Below are positions 22,638-33,214 of a stretch of DNA of 64,000 bases, piece by piece. How positions within the stretch are numbered: the first letter of the stretch is position 1; each line of letters starts with the position of its first letter. The stretch is from the NCBI GenBank assembly GCA_963762115.1, contig CAVXJH010000006.1, forward strand, positions 96,001 through 160,000, given 5' to 3'. Source of the stretch: Candidatus Babeliales bacterium (GTDB lineage Bacteria; Babelota; Babeliae; Babelales; JANWKD01). The notes beneath the pieces are model-generated. The model did no database searches and had not been told where the DNA came from. It saw only the letters and a program-made list of their open reading frames with translations. Both the position numbers and the translations under genes were made by a program.

Positions 22638-24998
22638 CTACGAATTCTCTTTAATATTGGGCTCTGCAATACTTTTCTCAGAATCATTAGTTTCATCATC
22701 AACTTCAAACTTCATCATCTCTTTAAGCTTAACATGAATAGATCCCATAATACTGCTCCTCGGCTCATTCGATTCCTCAACCATTCTATGCTCCTCCCTA
22801 ACTCCATTTCTCTCTTGAATTTTTATAATCTCATTCGTTTCATTATCAACTCTATAACCTATTTCCTCTATACCAAGCCAATCACGCTGTATCGACTCTC
22901 TAATCCTCTCAGTAAAAGGTGCATAGCCAACTCTATGATCTATCTTTACACCAGTCATCTTTGCCCTACGCTCATCTATCGCTTCATCCAAAGATCGAAA
23001 AATACAAACACTATCATTCATTTCATCATCAATATCATTTTGCTCTTTTTTTTCTCCCTGCAAATCGTCTGTACCTTCAAAATCATATCCCTTATTTACA
23101 ATTTCATCCTCGAAATAAGATTTTCTTTTTACAATATTTTTTTCAGATAAACTTTGCTCAACAACTAAATCAATATCTGTTTCATCTATCGACGCATGAC
23201 TTTCTTGAGAATCGCTCAAAGCATCAAATTCAGCAGCTAAACTATGTTCATCATGCTTTTGAACTCTATTTTTTCTTTGTAGCATTCTTTTTAAATAATT
23301 TATTTTTTCTTTAGTTTTTGTTTTGATCTTTTTAAAACTGGAATCGGTTTCTTTTCCTTCAATCGGTGCATTACTATGATGCATTTTTGCTTTAGGATTG
23401 GTTGTATCTTTTGGAGTACTATCTTTTTCTGCCTCTTTTTCACCATCACTTTCATCATCTGACGAATATTTTAAATCAGGCATTGCATCAAAAGTTTCTT
23501 GAACTATATTTTCAAAAAGTTCTTCATTGGCTACTTCATTAGGCATATTTTCTTCATTAGAATCAGATTTTTTATTCTTTTGATCCATAGCTTTTCTTTT
23601 CAAAAATTTTATAACTTCATGATGGCCTTTTGAAATTGCTTGCAATAAAGGTGAATCTTTTCCCAATTTGCTATCAATTTGAGCGCCACTTTTTACCAAT
23701 TTTTTAACAAGTGATAAATATCCTTTTCCTGCAGCATAAAAAAGAGCGTCGTAATCTTGCTTATCTTTTATGGTAATATCAGCTCCAAGATCAATAAGAA
23801 GTGCGGCTATTTTAGGGTTTCTGAAGTTAATGGCTTTAATCAGCGGCGTTGAACCTTGGTCATCTTGCTCATCAATATTAGCACCATGTTCAATTAATAG
23901 TCTCACAATCTTAAAGCATGTCTTTAAAATTTGATTGTGAGCAGCACTTTGTTCAATCGCATAAGCTTGATTCCTTTGAAGGATAATGCGCGATTCATCG
24001 TCTAAGGGAATATTATTGTCGATATTCTTTTCAATATTATAAGCCGCAATCATTAACTGCATTTTGTTCTGTGGAATAATATATTCAATACTTGAAGTAG
24101 CAATCATTAAGGGTGTTGTGCCATTTGTAAGAGGTAGATCAATAAAAATTTCTTTATGATTTGCCAATTTTTCTACGATTCCAAAATTACGATTTTGACA
24201 AGCTGTTGCAAGCGCCGTCCAACCATCCACCTCTTGTGCATTAACGTCAATAGTTTCATTCTCTAACAATCGTGTTACTTCTGCTAAATCATTCTCGCAA
24301 ACGGCGAGTATTAATGGAGGACAACTTGAAATAATTTGTGGTTTTTTTGTTGAAAACCCAAGATCGGCTTCTTTTTTTCGGTAAATTGCCTGAATTTTTC
24401 TTTGAATTTCTACAGAAATTTTACGTTTATCAAGAAGATATTTTACCGTATTTATACTTGCTTGAACTTTTTTCTTAAATTTCCCCTCTTTCTTTGTCTT
24501 CTTAGCTTTTTTAGGTTTTTTTGTATGAGCGGTTGCTTTTTTTGTGGGGTTATTAATAGGCTTTTGAGTTTTACTCATTTTTTCAGAAGCTAATAATCGA
24601 TCAACAATATAATCAAAATGATATGTGCGAGCACAAGAAAGAGCCGTTTCTCCTTTTTCATCTGAAATATCACCACGAGCTCCATGATCAATGAGATCTT
24701 CAGTGATTTTAAAATTACCTAATCTAATAGCTTCCAATAATGCCGTTGAGCCATCAAAAGCTTGTGCATTAATGTCAGCCCCGAATGCAATAAGTTTATG
24801 AACAAGTTCAGCATCTTTTGTTTGAACAGCAAAAATTAATGGCGTAATATCACCAATATTTTCATTGAGATTACCACCTTCATGCATCAATCTTTCAATT
24901 TTTTCTCGTAGATCCTGATTATCCATTTCCATGCCGAAAATGGGTAATGAAGTAGCAATAGATAGAAAAATGGTTAAGAAAATAATATGTTTCTTCAC
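22638..24998 (-). CDS. Secreted ankyrin-repeat protein with basic patches and acidic low-complexity tail
   Basis: GTG start with AGGAG RBS; signal ending IFG-MEM; multiple ANK repeats (GSTALLEA, GWTALATA, GTTPLMIA, GSTPLIKA..GADI). Confidence 0.88.
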   Translation of the reverse strand: MKKHIIFLTIFLSIATSLPIFGMEMDNQDLREKIERLMHEGGNLNENIGDITPLIFAVQTKDAELVHKLIAFGADINAQAFDGSTALLEAIRLGNFKITEDLIDHGARGDISDEKGETALSCARTYHFDYIVDRLLASEKMSKTQKPINNPTKKATAHTKKPKKAKKTKKEGKFKKKVQASINTVKYLLDKRKISVEIQRKIQAIYRKKEADLGFSTKKPQIISSCPPLILAVCENDLAEVTRLLENETIDVNAQEVDGWTALATACQNRNFGIVEKLANHKEIFIDLPLTNGTTPLMIATSSIEYIIPQNKMQLMIAAYNIEKNIDNNIPLDDESRIILQRNQAYAIEQSAAHNQILKTCFKIVRLLIEHGANIDEQDDQGSTPLIKAINFRNPKIAALLIDLGADITIKDKQDYDALFYAAGKGYLSLVKKLVKSGAQIDSKLGKDSPLLQAISKGHHEVIKFLKRKAMDQKNKKSDSNEENMPNEVANEELFENIVQETFDAMPDLKYSSDDESDGEKEAEKDSTPKDTTNPKAKMHHSNAPIEGKETDSSFKKIKTKTKEKINYLKRMLQRKNRVQKHDEHSLAAEFDALSDSQESHASIDETDIDLVVEQSLSEKNIVKRKSYFEDEIVNKGYDFEGTDDLQGEKKEQNDIDDEMNDSVCIFRSLDEAIDERRAKMTGVKIDHRVGYAPFTERIRESIQRDWLGIEEIGYRVDNETNEIIKIQERNGVREEHRMVEESNEPRSSIMGSIHVKLKEMMKFEVDDETNDSEKSIAEPNIKENS

Positions 24999-25204
24999 GT
25001 GGGTTCTCCTTTATTTTGAACCTGTAAAATAGTAAAAAATATCAATTTGAATATAATTTAATAGTAGCATATATAAAACAATTAGCAAGTGGCTAATTTT
25101 CCAATTGAAATAAAATCAATTTTAATAAAAACAGGCAAAACAAAAAACTTAATCTTTTTGTTTTGCCTAAAATGCCAAAAATTACATCATATCATAAATA
25201 ATTT

Positions 25205-25702
25205 TTACCATTTCTCCATTTTTTTTAAAAATATTGTTCGCGCATCATTAAATATTTCTGCTGTTTCTTTTTTCATTGATTCTATTCTATCTATATTTTT
25301 TATACACTCTAGTAGAAGATTTTCTGGGGTTGTATCTGCTTTTTTAAAAATTAATTGTGTAAATTTTTTTAAATATTTTTCAGTGGTTTCATTCTTAAAC
25401 GTAGGAGTGTTGTTTTCTATAGAAGAAGACCAAGCTTGAAATATTTTTTTCTCTACCGCTGTTAATGGGAGAGTCTCATTACGTAACATATAAGGGTAGA
25501 CTTTTTTAAAAAATTCTTTGTTAGCCTGTGCAAGATCAAAAAAAATATAGAAAAAATTTACACCAGACAAAATACTCATCTGCTCTTCTACTTCTTGCTT
25601 TTCAAATTTTTTTAACCATTCTTCTTTTGTTAAAAAAGATTCATTGGCACAAACAAACGCAAAATTTAAAGAAAAAAGAAAAAGTGATATTTTTTTTAAC
25701 AT
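25205..25702 (-). CDS. Hypothetical secreted protein
   Basis: MLKKISLFLFSLNFAFVCA signal-like N-terminus; lies just downstream of trxA. Confidence 0.6.
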   Translation of the reverse strand: MLKKISLFLFSLNFAFVCANESFLTKEEWLKKFEKQEVEEQMSILSGVNFFYIFFDLAQANKEFFKKVYPYMLRNETLPLTAVEKKIFQAWSSSIENNTPTFKNETTEKYLKKFTQLIFKKADTTPENLLLECIKNIDRIESMKKETAEIFNDARTIFLKKMEKW

Positions 25703-25708
25703 GTTATT

Positions 25709-26029
25709 TTATCCCAATAATTCTTTAATTTTGCCAAGCAAATCTTCTTTGCTCATATACCCTGTTTCTTTACCAAGCACATTCCCATTTTTTATAAAAA
25801 CAAAAGTAGGAATTGAAGTAACGCCGTATTGAATGGCCAATTCACGTGATTCATCAACATTCAACTTTAAGAATTTATACTTATTACCTTGTTCTTTTGC
25901 TAATTCTTCAACAATAGGCATCATTTGCAAACAAGGTCCACACCATGTTGCATAAACATCCAAAACAATTGGCAACGTTGATTTAACTACTTCTTGTTCA
26001 TAATTTTCTTTAGTCAATGGAATAGGCAT
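25709..26029 (-). CDS. trxA: Thioredoxin (cytoplasmic)
   Basis: WCGPC active site, 'SIPT' cis-Pro loop, 106 aa. Confidence 0.95.
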   Translation of the reverse strand: MPIPLTKENYEQEVVKSTLPIVLDVYATWCGPCLQMMPIVEELAKEQGNKYKFLKLNVDESRELAIQYGVTSIPTFVFIKNGNVLGKETGYMSKEDLLGKIKELLG

Positions 26030-26091
26030 AGTGTTTCCCTTATATAAAACTAATGTAATGGTATTTCATAATTTTATCGCACTTTACTCTG

Positions 26092-26796
26092 CTATGCAAA
26101 CCAACTTTTTAAGGTATTTTTTAATTCCTCAATAACATGCATTAACTGTGTTTGTATAGCTGCTTCTTTTGGATCTTCTTTTGAAATTTGTTTGGTGGTA
26201 TCTTCCAATTGATTAATAAGCGCTTTTGTCTTTGTTATAACCACATCGGTCACCACATGCTTATCTGATTCAAGGTATCTTTTACCTTCACACATAACTT
26301 CTTCTCGAGGACGTGCTTTTTTTATTTCTAAGCTTTTTACCGCTAAAAAAGACAACTCTTTTTCAATGGGGCCAGCTTCATTTATTTCATCGCATTGAAC
26401 TCTTTTAGTGCGATCAACAATATAATTATTTTTTGTTTTTTTTGAATCATTCGAAATAACTTCGATTTCAATGTAATCTCTATTATTAAATTTCAACACG
26501 GTTGGCGAAACTAAGCGAATTTCACTCACTTCACGCAAATCAATTTTTGTTGTATTAATATCAGGGTTTATTTCAGGACTTTTTGGTTTTTGATACACCG
26601 GAATATCTGCATAACGGCCAGAAATAGTAATGTTTTCAACAGAATAGGATTGATCGCTACTATCAGTTAATGTCCCCGAAACATTAATTGCTGGCTTTTC
26701 TGATGCCGATGTCGATGAATTCTGCCCACTAAACTGTGCAAAAAGCACAAAGGCTACGCTACAAAAAAAAATATTTACCAACATAGTACGCTTCAT
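26092..26796 (-). CDS. Hypothetical exported protein
   Basis: Signal peptide ending VLFA; AGGAG RBS; beta-rich then helical region. Confidence 0.65.
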   Translation of the reverse strand: MKRTMLVNIFFCSVAFVLFAQFSGQNSSTSASEKPAINVSGTLTDSSDQSYSVENITISGRYADIPVYQKPKSPEINPDINTTKIDLREVSEIRLVSPTVLKFNNRDYIEIEVISNDSKKTKNNYIVDRTKRVQCDEINEAGPIEKELSFLAVKSLEIKKARPREEVMCEGKRYLESDKHVVTDVVITKTKALINQLEDTTKQISKEDPKEAAIQTQLMHVIEELKNTLKSWFA

Positions 26797-26976
26797 CAGA
26801 GCTCCTTTTTTTAAATACCAACTATTTTATTCTGTTTGTTTAGATTTACTACAAGAGCTCTCGTGAGTGCAAGTGGTTAAAAAATTTACTCATATAAATC
26901 ATTGCTATTAATCACAAAAAAAACTTATTATTGAAATAGATAAAATATATAATTGCATTATAGGAGGGAAATAAAC

Positions 26977-27672
26977 ATGCAAGAAACAACACGCTCTTAC
27001 TCTTTTGAATCAGTTAATTCAATGCTCTATAAAGTTTTTGGTTGGATGATGGTAGCATTATTCTTGAGTGCAGGAACAGCATATTATATCGCTTCTCAAC
27101 CAGCAATCTTTGAAACACTCTTTAAAAGTCCATTTCTTTTGTTTTTTATTTTTTTGGCACAGTTAGTGCTTGTTGTTGTTTTATCAGCTTTTATTATGAA
27201 AATAAATTTTGCTACTGCATTGATTTGTTTTATTGCCTATGCATTATTAACAGGATTAACCTTATCAGCAGTGCTCATGGTATACACTCAACAATCGATT
27301 TTTACCACTTTTTTAGTGACGGCAGGGATGTTTGGCACCATGGCTCTATATGGCTATTTTACCAGAGCTGATCTCAGCGCATTTGGCAGTATCGCTATAA
27401 TGGGTTTATTTGGGATCATTATAGGCTTTATTGTGAACTATTTCTTAAAAAGTGGCACCTTTGATTATATTCTTTCTTTAATTGGCATCGCTGTATTTGT
27501 TGTCTTAACAGCCTATGACATGCAAAAAATCAAACAAATGATAGGCGCAATGGCAAATCAAGGGGAATTAATAAATAAGATCGCCATCGTTGGAGCACTT
27601 ACTTTATATCTTGATTTTATTAACTTATTTTTAATGCTTTTGCGTGTTTTTGGCAGAAGGAATAACGACTAG
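26977..27672 (+). CDS. Bax inhibitor-1/YccA-family membrane protein
   Basis: 7 hydrophobic segments, 'AYDMQKIK', 'GALTLYLDFINLF'; start at ATG 26977 after GGAGG. Confidence 0.93.
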   Translation: MQETTRSYSFESVNSMLYKVFGWMMVALFLSAGTAYYIASQPAIFETLFKSPFLLFFIFLAQLVLVVVLSAFIMKINFATALICFIAYALLTGLTLSAVLMVYTQQSIFTTFLVTAGMFGTMALYGYFTRADLSAFGSIAIMGLFGIIIGFIVNYFLKSGTFDYILSLIGIAVFVVLTAYDMQKIKQMIGAMANQGELINKIAIVGALTLYLDFINLFLMLLRVFGRRNND

Positions 27673-28371
27673 AGATTTTAAGTGAGCAACTTCTCGTGAT
27701 ATCAAGTGTCGCCACAAGCCAACAGGTAATCCTTTTTTTGATAATCCTGCATAAACAATACGATCAAGTTTTAAAACATGATAACCAATATGCATGAACA
27801 AACGGCGCACCACGCGATTTTGCCCACTATGCAATTCAATTTTTATGCGTGTTCTACCCTTATTAAGAACAACTAATGAATCAACAGTAACTTTGCCATC
27901 CTTCAACGTGATGCCTGCTCTTAACTGCTGTTCACGATCAATATTCAGGGGGGCATCCAAAGTAACTTGATAGATTTTGCTTACTTCATAGCTTGGATGG
28001 GATAAATGTTGCGCTGTCATGCCATCATTAGTTAATAAAATAAGGCCCGTTGTATCTTGATCAAGACGACCAACAGGATACAAGCGTTCCTTAATTTTTG
28101 GCTTTAAAAGATCCATCACCGTATTTCTGTTCTGATCATCTTCGGTGGTGGTGATAAAACCTTTGGGTTTATTTAACAAAATATAGGTATTTCTTTGCAA
28201 AGTAATTATCTTGCTATGAACACGTACAATGTCATCTTCTTGTAAGACATGCCCGGGTTCTTTGATAACAGTGTTATTTACCGATACTTTACCCTCTTTA
28301 ATAAAAAGCACGGCATTTCGGCGAGAGCAAACTCCTGCATGAGCAAGATATTTATTAAGCTGCATTGACAT
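27631..28371 (-). CDS. RsuA/RluB-family rRNA pseudouridine synthase (S4 + catalytic domain)
   Basis: 'LNKYLAHAGVCSRR', 'LNKPKG', 'PVGRLDQDTTGL'; convergent 42-nt overlap with the BI-1 gene. Confidence 0.93.
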   Translation of the reverse strand: MSMQLNKYLAHAGVCSRRNAVLFIKEGKVSVNNTVIKEPGHVLQEDDIVRVHSKIITLQRNTYILLNKPKGFITTTEDDQNRNTVMDLLKPKIKERLYPVGRLDQDTTGLILLTNDGMTAQHLSHPSYEVSKIYQVTLDAPLNIDREQQLRAGITLKDGKVTVDSLVVLNKGRTRIKIELHSGQNRVVRRLFMHIGYHVLKLDRIVYAGLSKKGLPVGLWRHLISREVAHLKSLVVIPSAKNTQKH

Positions 28372-28401
28372 AAAAAAGGTCCCTAAGAAAAGAGTAAAAA
28401 T

Positions 28402-28980
28402 TTATTGCAAATCTGATTCAGAAATAAAAAAGTGTTTTCGATAGTATTTTAACTCTTCAATTGACTCCCGAATATCGGTAAGCGCTCGATGAGTATCCTG
28501 TTTTTTAAACTCAATTAAAGGATTTTTGGGGTACCATCGCAAAACAACCTCTTTTATTGAGCTTACATCAATGATTTTATAATGCAAAAGGTGATCTAAT
28601 TTTGGCATATATTTCTGAATAAAAGCCTTGTCCTGCCACACTGAATTGCCACAAATGACCCCTTGCCCTTCAGAAATATACGGTTTTAAAAAATCTATGA
28701 GCCGCTGCTCAGCATCTTCGAGGGTAATAGTTGAATCCTTAACCCTTTGAGTCAATCCTGATAAACCGTGTTGTTTTATACACCATTCATTCATTTTTTC
28801 CAAAACTTCATCAGGTTGATGAATCACCAAGGCAGGACCTTCGGCAAGAATGTGCAATTGATTATTAGTAATAATTACCGCAACCTCTAAAATAACATCT
28901 TTTGGCAGATCTAATCCGCTCATTTCTAAGTCAATCCAAATAAGATAATCTCTATGCCGTGTTATTTTATTTTTTGTCAT
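28402..28980 (-). CDS. orn: Oligoribonuclease
   Basis: 'IWIDLEMSGL', 'HGLSGL', 'CGNSV', 'IDVSSIKE', 'HRALTDIRESIEEL'. Confidence 0.96.
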   Translation of the reverse strand: MTKNKITRHRDYLIWIDLEMSGLDLPKDVILEVAVIITNNQLHILAEGPALVIHQPDEVLEKMNEWCIKQHGLSGLTQRVKDSTITLEDAEQRLIDFLKPYISEGQGVICGNSVWQDKAFIQKYMPKLDHLLHYKIIDVSSIKEVVLRWYPKNPLIEFKKQDTHRALTDIRESIEELKYYRKHFFISESDLQ

Positions 28981-28983
28981 TAT

Positions 28984-29472
28984 TTATAATTCCATATCAA
29001 ATATATCATCAGAATCTCCATCATCACTATCAGGGATCATGTGCATTATAGCATCACTGCTCTGACTCATTCTACTTCTTATCCTTGATTTCTTTTGATT
29101 GTTATCAGTATTTTTAGAAGATACTATAGGATTATTTCTAACAGGGCTGCTACTTTCAGGCGAATTTTTCTTTACGGTAAATAAACCTGTTGTACCTTTA
29201 ATTAAAAGAATTATTTCATCCTCGGGTAATGATGATATCAAAGTATGTCCATATTCATTAATTCCAGGTATGTTCTTTAGCCTCTCACGAAGATCGTTCA
29301 TTACTTCAAAATGTGGAAAAAATGGGCAGTCTTCTAAATCACCTTTTTCAAATGATTGTTTTGCAATTTTCATTACATCAATTGCTTTGCCTTTTTCTTC
29401 CATACAATTAAGCAAAGTCATTGAATTTATTACTACCAAAAACATTAAAACAGATCTTTTTTGTGCCATCAT
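28984..29472 (-). CDS. Hypothetical secreted protein (signal + ME motif), Ser-rich and acidic C-terminus
   Basis: MMAQKRSVLMFLVVINSMTLLNC-MEEK; ends DIFDMEL; exact start uncertain. Confidence 0.55.
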   Translation of the reverse strand: MMAQKRSVLMFLVVINSMTLLNCMEEKGKAIDVMKIAKQSFEKGDLEDCPFFPHFEVMNDLRERLKNIPGINEYGHTLISSLPEDEIILLIKGTTGLFTVKKNSPESSSPVRNNPIVSSKNTDNNQKKSRIRSRMSQSSDAIMHMIPDSDDGDSDDIFDMEL

Positions 29473-29788
29473 TAAAATCTTTCCCAAAAATTGTTACGGT
29501 ATTATACAACAAACTTGTGAATAGTATTACTACTTTCATAATAAGTATCACTAGAATACTAAAATTTTATAGCACACACGAGTTTTTTATCAAATCCATT
29601 CTATAAAACTCCTATTTTAAGGTTAAAATACCCTTTATTCGACAATTTTTACTCAAAATCACCCGAAAACACATTTTTTAAGCAAATTATCGCCTAACTT
29701 TATTTATATTAGAAATATTTACAAATTTAAATATTAATATATAATTAATAGTATGAATACTAAAAACACCTTAAAAAAGAGGATTCCA

Positions 29789-31627
29789 ATGAAGAAATCA
29801 ATCAAAAAAACTGCCTTTTTGGCAGTAATTTCACTTTTTACCCTGAATTTCTTTGCTTTAGGGCTCTATGCCATGGAGCAAAAAACTTCACAACCTGCAA
29901 TAAGACAACCCTTATCATTGACTCAATTAGCTGCGAATGCCTATATCAAAAATGTGCAAAAAGACAGCAAAAACAGTAAGGAATCTGCTCTTGCTATAAA
30001 AGAAGAATTAGAAACAAAATGTCCTCTTATTACCCAAGAAATTGAACAAATTCTTAATCAACGACTCAGTCAAAATAATGATATGTTTATTGAACAAGAA
30101 TTATCAGGGAAAGTTATTGCCATATTACCCGAATCAAATCAAATAGTAACAGAAGAAAATCTAGGCGATGATAACAACAGCATTAGCTTTTGGAAACTCT
30201 ATTCACATGACAGCAACAATTCAAACGGATTACTTTCAGGAGTTGCTGCTTCTATGCCAGGGGCAACACAAGCTTTAGCTGCAAAATCTGTTATTGATGA
30301 TGGTAAATGGGTCAGAGCATATACTCTAGAATTACCAGAATATTTCAAAACAATGTTTGTAAATGAGAATATGGTGGTTTGTGGTATTGCAACTGAATCT
30401 GAAAATGATGATCAACTTTTTGAGCAAAGAAAAGTTGCCTTGTTTATCAGAAGCAAAAATGCATTTGAACTGAAAGAAATTATAGAAATGGAACATTCTA
30501 TTGTTGATTGTGCATTTTCAGCGCAAGATAATTCTCTTGCTTTCGCTTTAGATAATAATACTGTTGTATTCTGGCGTTATAATAAACAAGCTGAAGAATG
30601 GCAAGCAGGTGAGATAATTGTTAATGCAGCACCAACACAACATATAATAACAAATATTGCTTTTTTGCATCAATCCTATGAAGAAACGCCACTGTTTTTA
30701 ATTCATTATATGCCATATATACCATTCGATGAAATTATTGATGAAAATACAAATATTAAACCTTCAGCAGTGACAATATGGCAAGCTAAAGATGCAAAGT
30801 GGTGTTTATTAAAAGAACTACTAAAAGCAAATTATATTGCAATGCATAAATCTGCCAACTCAAAATCTATTACACTTCATGCAACACACTATAATGAACA
30901 AAATCAGACAAGCCATAAAACAATTTTCTTGCAAGAAAATACAGATCGAACATCATCATATACAAGCAAAGAATTCGCAGACCACAGACAATTTTCACCC
31001 GATGGAACACTTTCTATTTATAAAAAAGAAGATGCAACTATAATACCATTCAAAACATCATTTAAAATAGTCGATGTTGCTACAGAAGATATTCTTAAAA
31101 CCATTGGAAAAAACTATTTTTATTCACCGATTTTTATCAATAATGACAATCTTGCAATACAATGGAGCAATTGCACCAAAATAGTATCATTAAACTGTTC
31201 AACAAATTTTGCTTTGTGTAATCAACTATTACAAAAAGCAAAAGAACAAGAAAACGTAAATCTCGATGATTTACTACAATCATCACTTGTTACACAACTT
31301 CAACCAGATGAAAAAAAATCTGTTATTGATAAAGCACAAAAACTAAAATCTGAACAATCATTAAAGGGAAAAATACAACAATTTAGAACTAAGTGTAGAT
31401 CATGGTCTTATAGAAATCCGGACACATACGGTATAATGATGCTTGGTACTTGGCTTGGCATAAGCTTAACTACGGTTTGCATTCATAATAAAATTGATCC
31501 AAAATTTTCTTATTTTCCAAATATATTAAATGACCCCATAAACAAAGGAATTTTGATTGGAACAGTTCATAGTGCTTTTGGTTTCGCGCTAACAAGGCGA
31601 ATTAGTAAATTTTTCTTTGGATCATAA
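29789..31627 (+). CDS. Secreted WD40/beta-propeller-like protein with two C-terminal hydrophobic segments
   Basis: Signal ending LYA-MEQ; WD-like 'CAFSAQDNSLAFALDNNTVVFW', 'AVTIW', 'FSPDG'; start at ATG 29789 after GAGGA. Confidence 0.6.
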   Translation: MKKSIKKTAFLAVISLFTLNFFALGLYAMEQKTSQPAIRQPLSLTQLAANAYIKNVQKDSKNSKESALAIKEELETKCPLITQEIEQILNQRLSQNNDMFIEQELSGKVIAILPESNQIVTEENLGDDNNSISFWKLYSHDSNNSNGLLSGVAASMPGATQALAAKSVIDDGKWVRAYTLELPEYFKTMFVNENMVVCGIATESENDDQLFEQRKVALFIRSKNAFELKEIIEMEHSIVDCAFSAQDNSLAFALDNNTVVFWRYNKQAEEWQAGEIIVNAAPTQHIITNIAFLHQSYEETPLFLIHYMPYIPFDEIIDENTNIKPSAVTIWQAKDAKWCLLKELLKANYIAMHKSANSKSITLHATHYNEQNQTSHKTIFLQENTDRTSSYTSKEFADHRQFSPDGTLSIYKKEDATIIPFKTSFKIVDVATEDILKTIGKNYFYSPIFINNDNLAIQWSNCTKIVSLNCSTNFALCNQLLQKAKEQENVNLDDLLQSSLVTQLQPDEKKSVIDKAQKLKSEQSLKGKIQQFRTKCRSWSYRNPDTYGIMMLGTWLGISLTTVCIHNKIDPKFSYFPNILNDPINKGILIGTVHSAFGFALTRRISKFFFGS

Positions 31628-31655
31628 ACACTAAGAAACACATTCAAAACAATTT

Positions 31656-31700
31656 AAAAAAATAACCTGAGTTTTTCAGAAATAAAACTCAGGTTATTTT
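31656..31700. terminator. Bidirectional intrinsic terminator between convergent genes
   Basis: aaaataacctgagtttt...aaaactcaggttatttt. Confidence 0.8.
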
Positions 31701-31705
31701 AACTA

Positions 31706-31975
31706 TTACTCTTCAGACTGACATGATCGTTCAAACATAAGATCTTCACTTGATGAAATATACACATGATCATCTTTTTTATAAGACTTTACTGTTGTAT
31801 CAATTTGTTTTTTGTCTTTAAACATTCGTTTTACTGATAAAAATGTATGGATGTTATCAATAATGTTATGCAAGAATGTATCATATTCTATTTCTGTCAC
31901 TAATTCCATCGACAAACTAGAACAAAAACATAAAAATGCGCATATCGTAACAGGCAAAAAAAACCTTTTATTCAT
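31706..31975 (-). CDS. Small secreted hypothetical protein (signal + ME motif)
   Basis: MNKRFFLPVTICAFLCFCSSLS-MELV. Confidence 0.5.
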   Translation of the reverse strand: MNKRFFLPVTICAFLCFCSSLSMELVTEIEYDTFLHNIIDNIHTFLSVKRMFKDKKQIDTTVKSYKKDDHVYISSSEDLMFERSCQSEE

Positions 31976-32129
31976 ACACAATTCCTGAAATTTTTAATAG
32001 TAGTATAATTTTATTATATAATTATTATCATCTACATTTCTATAAATTTATTTTTATTTTTTATACGATGCATTAATACAACAGTACGATATACTAAGAA
32101 AAAAATTAAATTACCGCAGGGAAATAATT

Positions 32130-33203
32130 ATGCAAAAACTTAAAATTGGTGTTTTGATGGGGGGAAAATCAATTGAACGTGAAGTATCATTCAATTCTGG
32201 CCGCACAGTATGCGATCATCTTGATACAGAGCGTTATGAAATTATTCCTCTCTTCCAAACTATTGTTGGAAAACTTTTTATATTGCCATGGCGTTTTCTT
32301 CATCGCGGTAAAATTAGTGATTTTGAACATCGCTTATCAACAGAAGCTGAATCCCTATCATGGGATTCATTAAAAAATAAAATAGATTTTATCTTTAATG
32401 CTATGAATGGTCGCTATGGCGAAGATGGATCATTACAAGGCCTTCTTGAAATCCTTGGCATCCCTTATCTTGGCTCAAAGGTATTCACCAGTGCTTTGGG
32501 CATGGATAAATTCCTACAAAAAGATTTTTTACAACTTCAAGGCATTATAACGCCCAAAGATGTTCGCGTATATAAAGAAGATATTATAACAATTGAGCGA
32601 GATCTTTCTGCTTTATTAACGCAATTAGAAAAAGCTCATATCACATTTCCCTGCATAGTAAAACCTAGAAAAGAGGGTTCAAGCTTGGGAATTTCAGTCG
32701 TTCATCATCAAACAGATTTATTTCAAGCTATAAAAAAAGCATCTGAAATCGATATTCATCAAAAACAAGATGTTTTAATCGAAGAAAGAATAGATGGCAT
32801 GGAATTCACCTGCATTATCATTATAGATCAAACAGGATTACCTCTAGCATTGCCACCAACTGAAATCGTTAAAGAAGAGACAAGTGATCTTTTTGACTAT
32901 GCACAAAAATATATGCCAGGACGATCAATAAAATTTACTCCTGCCCGTTGTACCACAGAACAACAAGAACTCATTCAGAATACCTGTATTAAAGTAATGA
33001 AGGTGCTTGGTATGCAAACTATAGGAAGAATCGATGGATTTTTAACCACCAATAATGAAGTGATTATTATTGATCCAAATACACTTTCTGGTATGGCCCC
33101 ATCTTCATTTATTTTTTGCCAAGCAGCACAATTAAACATGAATCATGCAACAATAATTAATCATTTAATTGAGACAGAAATTAAGAATTATCATATTTTT
33201 TAA
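32130..33203 (+). CDS. ddl: D-alanine--D-alanine ligase family protein (paralogue 1)
   Basis: 'GGKSIEREVS', 'GRYGEDG', 'MDK', 'KP..EGSSLG', 'DYAQKY', 'RIDGF'. Confidence 0.85.
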   Translation: MQKLKIGVLMGGKSIEREVSFNSGRTVCDHLDTERYEIIPLFQTIVGKLFILPWRFLHRGKISDFEHRLSTEAESLSWDSLKNKIDFIFNAMNGRYGEDGSLQGLLEILGIPYLGSKVFTSALGMDKFLQKDFLQLQGIITPKDVRVYKEDIITIERDLSALLTQLEKAHITFPCIVKPRKEGSSLGISVVHHQTDLFQAIKKASEIDIHQKQDVLIEERIDGMEFTCIIIIDQTGLPLALPPTEIVKEETSDLFDYAQKYMPGRSIKFTPARCTTEQQELIQNTCIKVMKVLGMQTIGRIDGFLTTNNEVIIIDPNTLSGMAPSSFIFCQAAQLNMNHATIINHLIETEIKNYHIF

Positions 33204-33214
33204 GGAGCAATAGA

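Noticed and set aside
22500..22640. Stop-codon readthrough extending the ankyrin gene (about 40 open codons after TAG TAA)
   Set aside because: Double stop, and all other genes use standard stops; purine-rich low complexity explains the open frame.
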